Shown here piece by piece: positions 12,244-25,121 of a stretch of DNA of 64,000 nucleotides (positions are counted from its first letter, which is position 1; each line of letters opens with the position of its first letter). A program made the position numbers and the translations under genes. The stretch comes from Enoplolaimus lenunculus (Eukaryota), in the NCBI GenBank assembly GCA_030248215.1, contig JASANG010002537.1, positions 434,001 to 498,000 on the forward strand, written 5' to 3'. Under the pieces are notes generated by a model. It saw only the letters and a program-made list of their open reading frames with translations. It searched no databases and was not told the origin of the DNA.

Positions 12244-15200
12244 TTACAATATCAACGAAGGATTTGTACAAAATATCGAGTCAGCAGCGGGTGCTTTTGA
12301 ACAATCCGCAACTCCACTGGCTGGTGCTGCAGTTTTCAACCGATGTTCATTTAAGTATGCCGCAACTGGTGTGTTGGTCTTCGCTGTTCCGTTGCAATTT
12401 CGAGTCTTATGATAAATCGCTTCTTCAAAAACGTTCGGACTCCATGTTCGTGTTGTAGTTGACGCGGTTTCTGATTGTGCCGCCGCGTTGCATTGCGGAT
12501 GTTGTTGTTGTTGCTCCTCACGTTTTCGTGCAATATAATCAACAATTGAAATCCTTGGTGTTTCTAAGTCGCTAGACGATTTAGCGATAGTTGAACAATC
12601 GTGAACGCGGTGATTTTCAATAATATCAGAAAGGTTGGCTAGTAGTAACCAGAATGGAACGCATAAAAGGATATAAAATATGACTGCGGCCCAGCCAAAC
12701 CACATTGCATCGCCAAACGAGATTGTTCGCGTACGACGCAACATCTGAGGCAAATCTGTAGTAAGCGCTTCGTTACGCTGCCTTAGTAGCGTTGAAACTT
12801 TGTAATGTTGCAGGATCAACGCAAGTGCGACGAAAAAGGCTAAGAAAATTATTATGACATAAAAAGTTAATAAATATAAACAATTGAAGCAATAATCACA
12901 TTCGATATATGCTTACGATTTTATTATTGTTTGAACCAAAATATACTTTTCGCTAAATAGTTGCGTACATTCAGCATGCAGGCATAATTAGTATGGTTTC
13001 TCCTACCACATAACAGCTTAACATCGATAGTTAAACGCTAATTGAAATTCTATCGTTTGACTACGCGTTTTCAATTTTAAGCAATAGTTACAAACTATTA
13101 ATAAAATGATTTTCTGTCGTGAAATGTTGATTAATATGTCGTAGCCCAAGTCGTAAATCAGCCCAATACCGGATTAGCCCAAGGCAGAATCATGTCTGAT
13201 ATTAAAGCTTTGCGTTTTCTGATTGGTTACTTGATATGTCGGTATATGTGCACTAAGTGTATGTAAAGCAAATGTTGCCATGCCTGTGCACATATACCAC
13301 TATAAGAAGTTGTTGTTGCAATGACCGCGTGGTGTAGTGGTTGCATGCTTGGCTCGAGCGCAAGAGGGCCGAGGTTCGATTCCCGGCGTGGTCATTAACT
13401 TTGGGCAGAACTTCAAACAGGGGTCGTGCAGACCGTATAGTACCAATTAGCTTAGTAAAACAAACTTATTGGTAATCAAAACAGGTACTTAACGATTGCC
13501 TAGCCAATCAGAAAATAGTATTCGCATCAGCTAATCGTATTTGAGAGTGACATTAAGGTAGTAACCAATCGCAAGGCGTGCATTTGAAGCAGAGAAACAA
13601 TTTCGCCGTGGGATAGCCCAAGTCGCAATTCCGCGCCCGCGTGGTGTAGTGGTTGCATGCTTGGCTCGAGCGCAAGAGGGCCGAGGTTCGATTCCCGGCG
13701 TGGTCATTAACTTTGGGCAGAACTTCAAACAGGGGTCGTGCAGACCGTATAGTACCAATTAGCTTAGTAAAACAAACTTATTGGTAATCAAAACAGGTAC
13801 TTAACGATTGCCTAGCCAATCAGAAAATAGTATTCGCATCAGCTAATCGTATTTGAGAGTGACATTAAGGTAGTAACCAATCGCAAGGCGTGCATTTGAA
13901 GCAGAGAAACAATTTCGCCGTGGGATAGCCCAAGTCGCAATTCCGCGCCCGACTAGCCCAATTCAGAATTGGGCTAAATTACGGCTTGGGCTACGGCAAA
14001 TATACTTTCGCGTTAACACCGTGTGCCTTGCCTGTAATAGCAAATCCGGCTCCAGTCGCTTGGCATAAACATTTACTTTTCATAAAAATTGCAATAACAC
14101 AACACGACACCGTTAGCATCATCGCCATAAACGACAACATTGCTGTTGTGCTAATAAGTCGCATAGTTCCTGTGAACGAATGCGGGATGAAGAGTAAAAT
14201 AAAATTTGTAACTATATTTGAAAATATCGTTGCTACTATACCCAAAATTTAGCACAGACTATGATCTCAGATTTTTACGATGTGGAAGATACTTTCTTTG
14301 ATGTCGGAATTTTATTTTTTAAATTGCGCATAAACCAAACTTGATACGTAAAATTTTAAACATTTCGCCGAAAGCTGAACACATTTTTTGAATTCGTGTT
14401 TGGTTCAACGTCATTTTTTCATATTTGGCTAGAAAACATATTATTCTGAAAATCCAATAAACCAACTGGCATCGAAAAAGTTATAGCACAGCAGGACTGT
14501 CGTGGAAATGAATCCGTTTTGTTTTTGGATCCTTCTCAAAGCGGTTTTGTAAAATTTGGCGACATGCGTAATAATATTCAATATAACTTTTGATAAGGGT
14601 TGGCAATTCCCATGTGTGTTCAAACTGCGCAATTTGCTGGTACAATCTTTGCGCCGAAAGATCCACGCAGAAATTGACGCTTTAAATTTTCAATACCTTT
14701 TGTCTAAGAAGTTCACGGTTAAAGAGTCGATATGGCTTGTTGTACAAGAGTGTGCAACTGGGTACATTTTGTATAGAAAACAATGTACCGAGTGCACGTT
14801 GAGTTTTTGGCCTACAACCCACTTATTTAGATGGAGGTACAACCTATGCGAACCATGGAACTTTATGTATCCAGTGTCAATAAATGTACCGCTCACAGCT
14901 TGATTTACGGTTATTATAATGTGACAGCGACCCCCTCTCTAAATAAGGGTGTCCACCAAAAACGCAACGCCTGGTAGCACATTTCGTACAACCATGCGGA
15001 AACCCAAGAGTTGTATACTCTTGTATCACACGCACTCGTGGTTAAACTAACCTGCAACCGCACTTAAATCAAACAACGGCATTTCTTTCGAATCCATCAC
15101 AACCGTATAGTTTTCACACGCTGAACAACAATAACGTGCGTTAATTAAATTGTAATAATAATTGCATTTCTGCAATAGTCCATCGGTGCGTCGACATTTT

Positions 15201-17647
15201 CGAACAATTAGTTTCCATTTCCAGTCTGAAATCAGCAAAAACAAATAAACATTTATCCGTCAAAAATAGATTGTACAACTACGGATTCACCAAAGATCCA
15301 AAAGTAAAATATTATGGCAATCGTCAAGGACGGATCTTGCATTATCTGACAAGGGGATACACGAGAATTCATAGGCATACGGTATACAACGATCTACGTA
15401 TACCCGATGTACAGTTGTGTTTAGCGAGCTAGGAGGCCGAAAACCCAGACATATGCCAAATTTTCAGGCAATTACGATTTAAATAAACATAAAATTGGAA
15501 ATACAAATCCATGACATTACTTTTATCTTCAATTGCAATACAAAATTTAAATTTTGCTTGCGTCCATGTCAAAGATTGATTTCGAAATACCACTTAAATG
15601 CGTCGTTAGCGATAGTAGCTTAGTGACTATCAGAGTACGTTTGGGCTTCACATGCATGTAAGTTTTAAATACTTTAGGATTACTTGAAAAAGTTCCCTAA
15701 TTACTTTATTTCATTTCGTTTTGTTTTCAGAAGAATTATAAAACAGAAATGTTGTGCGTTAAAATATTCCATTTATTCTATCACTTCCGATTCAAACCGG
15801 AACATTATTAATCCACGTGTATTTGTATTGTCTTGTAGAATCACATAGCTAGCAGCAAGATGCGACAGCCGTGGTTGGCTTGATCTAATATACGATACAG
15901 AAGCATCGGTACGATGCAAATTATAATGCTTTGAACAATAAACCTTTCAATCAAATCGCAGTCATTCAAAGTCTAGAAGCCGAGTAAAAATCGTATTTTA
16001 CTTTTTTAGAAATTCTTTTTTAAAATTTAGGGATTACTGGACTCCGCACAAAGGTATTACGGCGTCCACAAACACTGGTAAACCCCTGGTCGGCGCCGCT
16101 GGTGACACGGCCCTCCAGCGATCCTCTGTGTAGACGCTGGTGCATTTCGATGTGTAACCTCAGTACTTACCAGGTACATCAAAACAACGACTCCATATTC
16201 CAGAATATTCAGTTGCGAAAATGAAACTTTGCTCATCTTTGATACAAACCTCATCTGAACTGCCTGATTTTGCCGAAGTTAGCATACCCGCTTCTGAACC
16301 TATGCGCTCATAACAATAATCTTTGGACCGTTTCTGAAATAAAAATAAAGTTTGAATGACTCTTTGACGCCGGATACCGCCAGAGGTCTAAAACCGACGG
16401 CGGCTGCGGCTTGAACGACCTCAGGCTCCGCCTTTGGCTCCCGTAAAATTGCTGCCAGAGGTTTCGGCAACTTCGATAGCGAAATTTTCCATAGTATTAC
16501 CAAATTTTGTATTGTTTGGTGCGCTTGGATTTAACTTTTGGATGCAATTTCGAGAAATAAATTGTTCGAATTTCTTAAAACATAAGCTTAACCCGTAATT
16601 TCTTACAACGCTTTGACCATTTTTCCTAAAATTAACAAATTAATGATCGTTTGACCCTGTATTTTCTTCACCGCCTGCTTCGACAAATGTTGTTAATCTC
16701 CTGCTCCGGCTCCGGTGTCTTTGGTCCAGTTGCACCCTGCTTTGACGTATTAGTCCTTTAGACTGGGCAATGTTGAACGGACACTACTGACTAAGCTTGT
16801 ATACAAATGTTCGGATAATTTTTTGTGCGAGCTGTACCGATGATAACGTGTGAATGATATGAGTAGAGACGATCGTAAGAATAACTTTTGCGTGCAACAC
16901 TTTATCACCACGTATCAGACCTCAACTGGACTGTTGTCTTCGACTCCGATTCCGGCACATAATCGAGTTCTGCCTTCGACTCAGGTTCCGGCACACAGTC
17001 GAGTTCTGTCTTTGATTCCGGTTCCGCCACACAGTCGAGTTCTGTCTTTGATTCCGGTTCCGCCACACAGTCGAGTTCTGTCGAAGCTTCCGGCTATTTT
17101 GGTAACCATAATTTTTGTATTTTTGGCAACGTTGTGCTGCCGTTCCGCGAGTTGATTGCTAACTTTGGGCCAATTTTAAAAAAGCTTTAATTGGGCAGAC
17201 GTTTTAAAAACGAAACTTGTGAACGATCATTTAATAATATTTGGCAAATTTTTTGTTTAAATTTGCAACTTTAACATTATTATTTATGACTTAGTTTTTG
17301 CTTCATCTCCGGTCCCGGTTCCGGCGCTGGTCCTGGCAAAATTTGTTCAACTTCTGGCTCCGGTTCGGATTTATTCACTTTTTGTAGCGACCTGCTGTGT
17401 AATGTGCATAGACACTTGATATACGTTTAAATACTTATTAATCGAAAGGGGTTTTTACCGCAGTTTCGAACGGATGATAAGAAATTTTCTCCCAGTACCA
17501 GCTGAATACCGCGAACATATGCAAAATGACTGCAATTGTCGTAAATATCCCGCAACACAGCAAGGCATTATTTCGTGTTGGTTGGCATGACGAAAGATCA
17601 GATATAGCGTAATCGTTGACGCGTTTACGAGAGTAGTACTTATACAT
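12244..17647 (-). CDS. Claudin/PMP22-superfamily four-TM protein, ~419 aa, 5 exons
   Basis: Exons 17459-17647, 16171-16333, 15052-15225, 14032-14169 (GC donor; alternative GT end 14020) and 12244-12839 are all phase-consistent. TM1 is followed by W, then the signature YSGIWSRC in the first loop, then three more hydrophobic segments including SFGDAMWFGWAAVIFYIL, typical of claudin TM4. Confidence 0.85.
13323..13394 (+). ncRNA. tRNA-derived (SINE-head-like) sequence with Pol III A and B boxes; second copy at 13637-13706
   Basis: Acceptor stem GACCGCG/CGTGGTC+A, A box TGGTGTAGTGG, B box GGTTCGATTCC. Anticodon and T stems are imperfect, so it is unlikely to be a canonical tRNA. Confidence 0.6.
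13325..13951. repeat. Perfect 312-bp tandem duplication
   Basis: 13325-13636 equals 13637-13948 with no differences seen; CCG microhomology at the junctions. Confidence 0.95.
14745..15023. mobile_element. TA-flanked MITE with CAAGAGT(G/A)T(G/A)CA termini (Tc1/mariner-like); relatives at 21947-22215 and fragments near 22609, 30522, 39839
   Basis: ta|caagagtgtgcaact ... agttgtatactcttg|ta, with a subterminal inverted motif cgttg(a/c)gtttttgg / ccaaaaacgcaacg. Confidence 0.65.
16932..17082. repeat. 36-bp tandem minisatellite, ~4 copies
   Basis: Unit tcgagttctgtctttgattccggttccgccacacag, lying in claudin intron 1. Confidence 0.9.
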
Positions 17648-19037
17648 TATTCAGTTGCAATTATAGACGATATAAGCAGCGTAACTGTATTGCTTTCTGC
17701 AAGTAATTGCAATGTTAGCATATATCCAAATTGTTTTGCATCATATTGCCAGCAACAGAATCTAAATCGTTTGACTTCGACAATAGATCCTTGGACTGGA
17801 CGGACGTACTTGGTACTTGTAGTAACACACAAAACAGAAAATTATGCAGAAGCCCAGTATTTTTTCACTGTAAATAAGAAGAATTTGACGGATATTGGCC
17901 CCTAAATTGATTTTGGGGCAACTTGATTATCAAATTAAAATTCGCAAATTTCCATGCAGCGCAAGACAGAATTTAAAGATTGATTTTACCCGCATACGGA
18001 AGTAAAAACCGTACACCAAATTGACAATACGGTAACTTTGAAATCAAACAGCGTACCGCTTGTTTAAGTCAACTCAAAAACCCGTAAAAAAGCCAACTCT
18101 TTCACTCATGTACAATTTTAGCTGCACATTAAGCCGTGACCTTGGCTTCAAAAAGCCCTTTAAACGCAGTGACACGTTGTACGGCATATATACTACTTGC
18201 CGGTTCCTCAATACTAGTAACAGGCAGCAGTTACGGTTGACTATGATTTACGCAGAATTAGTGGCCGTTGCTGTGATTTTGTAGCGAAAAACTGTTCTCG
18301 TGATAGTAGCATTGTGGTACGTAAAACAAGGAATCGAAAAACTGGCCCAGCTATACAGCATACTTAATTTACATAAATGTGGTAATCGTAGTTTTTGCGC
18401 AACACTTTGAGCTAGTCATGTGGTTCCAAAAAAGACAGAGGGGTCATAGATTCGTCGACAGTGCCTTGTAAGCTGGAGTAGCAATAAGACTAAAAGAGGG
18501 TATATAGGAACCACTTGTCACATTAAAATTTTGGAAATTTTTTTACCGCAATCGGCTCTTCTTTTATAAAGAAAATTATCCTTGACAGGGTTTACATTTT
18601 GATGACCTGTACTGTGGAAAATTCAAAAGAGGCGCACGTTGCAGAGTCACGGATTTTAGATGGTCAAACTAGTTATGCCATTCCGTTATGAACTGGATGG
18701 TTAGTGTTTGCAGGATTGCCGTAAAATTATAGCCTCCAAAAATAGAGGATTCAGAAAATTCTATGCAAGTGCGTGTACGGATCAATCGTCGAATTGTTTC
18801 ACGCTGTTAGGGTTACGCTATACTCGACGCGCGTCGTCGGACCGCGATGACACACGGCACAAAGAATTTTGATTAAAAAATTCTACCAGATAAATATTGC
18901 CTATATTTTTGCCAGCAACGCATATCCGAGTGCGGTGACGCGCGGCAGTGCGCAGCACAGTAACGTATAACGCAACCCTATTTGTAATTAATCATGGTGA
19001 AATATTTTTTATAACACTGTTTCACGTCTGTGATTAA

Positions 19038-19300
19038 CCCCTTCTCACATTGAGTTGCCTATAGGCAACTTAGCGCAGTATATATGCGTTAAATAATATA
19101 TATCGCACAGTGTTTAACAATTGCAACACGTATACATAGTACTAAATCAACACAAGACGTGAGAGCACCCTCGGGCTCGAGCGTCAAGCTCCTATAGCTG
19201 AGTGGTGATGGTATTCGCCTCCCACTCCAGTCACCGGAGTTCGAATCCTAGCATAAAAGTAGGTCTCAGGGGAAATAGAAAATATTCACGTGAGAAAGGG
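19038..19300 (+). mobile_element. 263-bp piggyBac-like MITE (TTAA TSD) with internal tRNA-like A/B boxes
   Basis: TTAA|ccccttctcac ... gtgagaaaggg|TTAA; A box TAGCTGAGTGG (19195-19205), B box GAGTTCGAATCC (19237-19248). Confidence 0.85.
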
Positions 19301-19613
19301 TTAAGCGAAAAATTTTCAGTTTACTATCTTTAAGCATGCAACTGGTCTCGAATAAGTATTCACAGTGCAATAAGATTTCATTATGCTGACAGACCGCATT
19401 GATGACAACTAATAAGCATTGGTTCTCATTGTTGAACATACTTAAATTAAAATTTCCTCCAAAAAAAGCCAGTAGCAGCACTGAAAAGCAGTATTCAAAA
19501 ATTACGAAAAACTTCCGTGCAAAAATGTCAAAAATCAAGATAAAAACAGAGTATCATCTATTAAGCAGTTGCAAGATCTTTTAAATAACAAAATCGAAGT
19601 CAGGCCTATGGTT

Positions 19614-20062
19614 CAGGTCAGGGCCGGAGGAGCCCCCATACCACCAGTTTGGGGGATCCACCCATAAAGGGGCCCCCCACCCTAACTGGTTGAAACAAAA
19701 ACCGCTTAAGTTTTAAAATGGGTCTGGCTTCTCGCTCGCTTCGTTCGCGAGTTTGGGGCCCCCACCCTGGAATTTGTGTCGAGCTTCCACCCCTTCCTGC
19801 TCCGACACTGGTTCAGGTTTGGAACCTGCCCGGGCCAGCGTTTTAGGCCCGCGGGCACAAGCGTCGACGGAGCCAGGCCGTCAGCCGAAATAAATAGCAG
19901 CAGTTCAATATGCCAAAGCCTATGTCTTAAAATAGTTTGACAAGTACCTGATTTGCAACCACGATACCGTTTGTTTCAAGTTTTAAAATATGAAATTTGC
20001 GGACACGGGCTGACAGGGATTTCGTGCCCGTGCCACAAAAAACCGGGCCGGTTGCAACCCTG
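19614..20062. mobile_element. Nested hAT-like MITEs (inner element 19619-19810)
   Basis: Inner: cagggccggag...tccgacactg with a perfect 8-bp TSD gttcaggt. Outer: caggtttggaacc...ggttgcaaccctg with TSD ctatggtt/ctctggtt. Confidence 0.7.
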
Positions 20063-21376
20063 CTCTGGTTAGCTTACTGCAAGCTAACTTATCGGATATA
20101 TAAAATATATAATATATAATAGAAACGAGCCAAATCAGATTTTACTCATCTTTAAAAATACACCTTAAAACTTAAATTATTAACGTTACGTAGCTATGGT
20201 GGTGGCAAATTTTGCGGTGATGTTGTGAATTATTTATGTGCAACTACAAAATAAAAATTGGGTTAAAGACATTGTATTTAACGTAAAACTGTTTCTTAAT
20301 ACTCGCAAGAACCAAAACTATGAAAAAATTAAATACAATTTGGGACTAATCCCTCATGTACTCTTATAAACCCTTAAGCAATATGAAAAGGTTTGCACTT
20401 TTAGGCAATGACTCAGGTTCTGAGTTATGTAGGCTTGAGCTTAGACTACCCGACTTGATTGTGTTTCAGTAGAAACCGAAATGAAAGTCGGAAGTCCAAT
20501 AAAGTTAAACGCTAATCGTAATTGAACATTGTCCGTTTTACGTTTTTCTGTCACCAGTACCACGCTTACTTTACTGTATTCGATTAAACCGAAGTAGATT
20601 GCTGAAACATTGCAAGGCTTCATATACTTCAGTCGAAAACTGTTCTGTAGAATCTTTTAAGAAAATTTTCTATCTTATTGTTAACCAAAAAGCAAAAGTA
20701 AATAAAGTCCGTAACGGCAGGCCCGGAACCATGTCACCTTGATAGGGGGGTGGCTAAACATCATTCAGGATGAGCATACAAACGTTTCGATAACTTACAA
20801 ACGAGATTGGAAATGTTCTATGGGGAAGGAAATTGTTCTCGGGGGCAGAGCCGCTATTGCTCTCCCCTTCTTTTGCAACGAGGCCGTCTGTGACTCAAAA
20901 TTAACACACTGAACGCCCAGCGAGACAACAGTAGTAGGATGAAGTTTAACGATATTTTGGTACGATTCAATTAGCTGGTATATCTTGAACGTTTATAAAA
21001 CAATCCTTATTACTCGAATAAAAACATTTTTCGAGCCAAAAATAGTACGCGACCACGCATCCGCAAATATATAAGCTTGTTTCAGGCAACTGAACCAAAC
21101 GGTATAAATCCAAAAACCGATTGGCAAATCATTTTTAGGTTAAACAGTACAGCTTACCAGTGTCTATTTTTTAAATTAGAAAACGCGTCAACCTTTTTTA
21201 CTTTTATGCGCATTTTCGTCGTAGGATGTTGTTATTTTATTGACTTTTGATTGGTTGATAATTGAAAAGTTGCAAATTTTAATTGAAAAATTTTCAGTTA
21301 CTATCTTCGTTTTGCTTCGTGCGCAAAACACTTACTATAAGAAGAGCAACCTAGAACTTAGAAGCAAATCTAAATA

Positions 21377-21536
21377 CACTGCAGAAAATAGTGAGTCAGA
21401 TTGACTGTCTCCTAAATATGCTCTATGGGGCTACTGAAACTGAGTCAAATTCGGCTCACGTAGTTCCATTGTTTGGCTGTGGCGGAGTCTAGCCTATTTC
21501 GAAGAGAGTCAATTTGACACACCATTTTTTGCAATG
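21377..21536. mobile_element. Palindromic CACTGCAAAAA MITE (CACTA/EnSpm-like), internally shortened copy
   Basis: ta|cactgcagaaaatagtgagtc ... tttttgcaatg|ta; GAGTCAAATT(C/T)GACTC-type motifs. Confidence 0.7.
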
Positions 21537-23091
21537 TATAGAGCAAACTGCGAGACGCTTGAACAAATATGAAATTTGCATAATTGCAGTTGGAGATTCG
21601 ACCTAAAAATGCTCATAGCTGAATATTTAAAAAAGGGTTTCGATGTGTAGTATACGCTTTAAGATATTATAATGTTCGAGATATGTCGTGCAATAACTGC
21701 TTTGTTTTAGTTATGCAATTTAGAAATTTTAAAACTTGTCTCAAAAGAAAGATCTGGATTTTAACTACAGCTCAAAAACACTGTTATTATGCTTGTACTC
21801 CGAAAGGGAGGAGATAATTTGAAGTGTTAAGCTTGCAAAACAAGCGGCCACTTGTAATTTGTTCAAGATTTCATTGTGGCTTTTTCCTGTCAATAATTGA
21901 ATTTTTTTAAGTTTTTACATTTCTTTTACCAAAAGTACATGCGATACAAGAGTATACACCTGTAGCTGTTCCGCATGGTACAAAATACAACTCGGCACGC
22001 GTTGCGTTTTTGACTGAGGCCTTAGGCGGTACAAGATGTGTGAACCATAACACTTTATGTATCCGGCATCAAAAATGCTCTCCGCTTATAGTTTATTTCA
22101 GAGGTATTGCATGTTACAGCGATTTCCCCTTTAAAGTTAGGGTGGCCGGCCAATAACGCAACTTTCGGTGGTACATTTTGTGCCATGCGAACCCGCAGAG
22201 TTGCGTATACTCTTGTTAAAGAGTATCATGCACTTTTGATTTGCGATATTTCATGAACTGGACGAAAAAAAGTTGTCAACCATAAAATATCGCAGTAATG
22301 CTTTGTTGATTCAACTTTGTCAATTAAGAGGATTAACGCTGCTGTAAATAAGCACTGAGGCTCTAAAACTTTAATTTAACGCAACTCGGCAGGTGTTCAT
22401 TTTTGAAAAACTCAAGTTTAATCCTATTTTCTATTGGCAATTTTTACAAAATTGATCCAATCCAACATGAATATTGAATTTATACAGCCCAAACAACACC
22501 CACACAATGTCGCATGAAAGTTGATAATTGAAATATTTTAAGCATGAGCTATCATATTTGCTATACAGAACCTTATAAATCATATGATGAGTTGTTGAGA
22601 TTATAAGACAACAGTGTGCAACTGGGTACTTTCTGTATATAAAACTGCGTACTGAGCGCGCGTTGCGTTTTTTGCCGACACCACCTCAATTTCGTGGGGT
22701 CAAGTTTCGTGAACTGAGAATGACATGAGCTATAAATACTGGCAATTATAACTGATTTGTTTGTCTGTTCTCTAGAGCGGTTCATGCGTTCCCTCAAACG
22801 AAAGGCTTATTGAAAGTGACAGAGGATTTCCAATATACGGTCCTGGACAAAAATTTATTCGATGCATTTAAAGAATTGTATCTCAGAACAATTTTGCTTT
22901 CTCAACTGCTGGCAATTCCTAGTGGCGAGGCTGCCGGCATCATCTGTGCAATCACATAACTGGCCATCCTGTGTGTTTTATCTTTTAACAAACAGATTAC
23001 GCGTTAATAACGCAAACATTTAGCAAACCAATGCTAATCCGTTTTTAACATTCGTTATCTAAATACCGGTAAATTTCATATAAATAGTTAT

Positions 23092-23212
23092 AATATATAT
23101 GTATATATATGTATATATGTATGTATATATATACATATATATACATATATATACATATATATACATATATATATGTATATATATGTATATATGTATACAT
23201 ATATGTATATAT
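23092..23212. repeat. Compound (TA)n / TATG / TACA microsatellite
   Basis: Directly visible. Confidence 0.95.
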
Positions 23213-25121
23213 CTTTGTTTCCGTTTTGGTTTAGTTTGCAGTGTTGTTTTTAGGTGGGGTTTTTCAAATTAGAGCCAATGTAAATAAGTACATAGTGTTG
23301 TTTAGTTTTAAAAATGTCTGAGTTAAAATCGTCCCTGTTTCAAAGATTGAGTTGTAATATGCGTAGTTTTTAACGCAACGGCACCAATTCAGTCATAGCT
23401 TTGAATACACAGTTAAACTAATCAAAATTTTTATGTTTTACTCCTGTTGAGCAGCAGGGTCTGAACGGATTCTCGTTATTAAATTTGCCAGCGATTGAAG
23501 TGTGACATTTACTTACTTTATTAATTAACTTTTGTCTTGATAGTCTTGAAACATCAAAATTGTCTTTTTTCGAGTTGTGTTTTATCAGTGAACTCAATTT
23601 GTCACTTGTTATGCTTTTTTAGTTGAAGAATAAATGAATTTGCTCATTCTTAACTCGTTTTACCACCCAGTTGTTTTGTAAGCGAAAGATCAGTCACGCT
23701 ATTGCGTAGGAGTATTACAACTTAATAACAGCTCGAAAGGGTGCCACCGGAGGTGAAAAATGCAAGATACAGGGCCGGAGTAGATCAACGAAGGTTTCCG
23801 GAGCCGGAATCGGAGCCAGATGTGAGGCGAAATTAATTAGTAAAAAAGGTGGTTAATTAGTTAATTTTAGCTAATATCTGCAATATGTTGTTTAGTTCTT
23901 TGGTTTTACGCTAATTTTCTACGAAATGTCAGAAATTCTTTCTTGAAAGTTGTGACAAAAGTAAAACAAAACGTGCCAAACAGAAAAATTTTGCAAACAC
24001 TGTAAATGCCTCCCACCCTAGAGACTGGAAATCGAATCTAACCTTCAAAGTGCATCTCATACGATATTCAAAATATTCATGTGAGGAAGGGTTAAAAAAT
24101 TTTGCAACCGAAAAGAGCGAAGAGCCGAACGCATGCCACAATTCAAGGTGACCAGGCAGTAGAGCTGCGCAAAAAATGACGAGAGTGCAAAGTCAGGCAT
24201 AATTCATTTTGTATAAACGGCAAGGTGCTGGCGGAAATTCGAAAAGAAATTTCCGTGCTAATCCGGTTTTGGCTTTCGCTCGCGTACCCTGTAAAATACC
24301 ACAATGAAATTGAAGTTTTGTAAGGATACCTGACGGATGCGATTTTTAGATCTACTCTTTGTTTACGAGTTACAGTAATGGTTTAACAATAATAATCAGT
24401 GGTCCAGGTTCAGCTGTAATATAAAATTTATCAAAAGTAACGGAAATCCCGCATTCGAAGTCAGCGAGACGCTGAACGTAGTTTTTGTATCACATTGTTT
24501 TTCTCGCCATCTTGGATTCACTTTCTTTTGCAAAATTGATATGAATAAAAGGGGAGATGAAGCGAAATGCCCTTCTTTAAAAACTGGGGATCAACGGCCA
24601 GTTTGCCGTCCTGTCTCTGCCGCCTTGCGTGCTGTACGATCAACATCGGATAGAAAAAACGTTGGTCCGTAAAATTTTCGTCTCATGCATCAATTTTTTT
24701 GGTCAAAAAGTTAAGTAATTCATTTATCAATGGAACAGTCCACTGGCAAAAATGTGGACACCATTCGACTCTCAGCTCAAACGAGCTGCGTCGAACGATA
24801 TACAAATTGTTTACCGTCAGGACATAAATTATTTTGGTAACAATCGAAGTTTTTGAAAATTCAAATTTCAACGTGTAATAACGAAGGGTACTTAATAAAA
24901 ATAGAGTCATCATTTCTTCTGCCCAGTTTAGAAAAAAAATTTTCCAGTTGGCATTCTTCTGAGTTGAGGTGTATTCGAAACGTCTTGTTCAGTACGGAAA
25001 CTGGTTACTTACAATTAATCTAGCATAAATATTCAAAAACAAATTATAAAACAATGGCTATGGAACAGGCTTCAAATCATCTGTGAGACAAGTTTCGATT
25101 ACGCTAGGATTGGAAGCAAAC

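Larger units (their letters stand above)
13137..13998. mobile_element. Ginger-like non-autonomous TIR element (TG...CA, 4-bp TSD) carrying a duplicated tRNA-like cassette
   Basis: ~31-bp TIRs tgtcgtagcccaagtcgtaaatcagcccaat / attgggctaaattacggcttgggctacggca; TSD AATA at 13133-13136 and 13999-14002. Superfamily assigned from termini and TSD only. Confidence 0.7.

Noticed and set aside
13323..13394. Functional tRNA-Ser(CGA)
   Set aside because: Mismatched anticodon and T stems, no long variable arm, and embedded in a TIR element.
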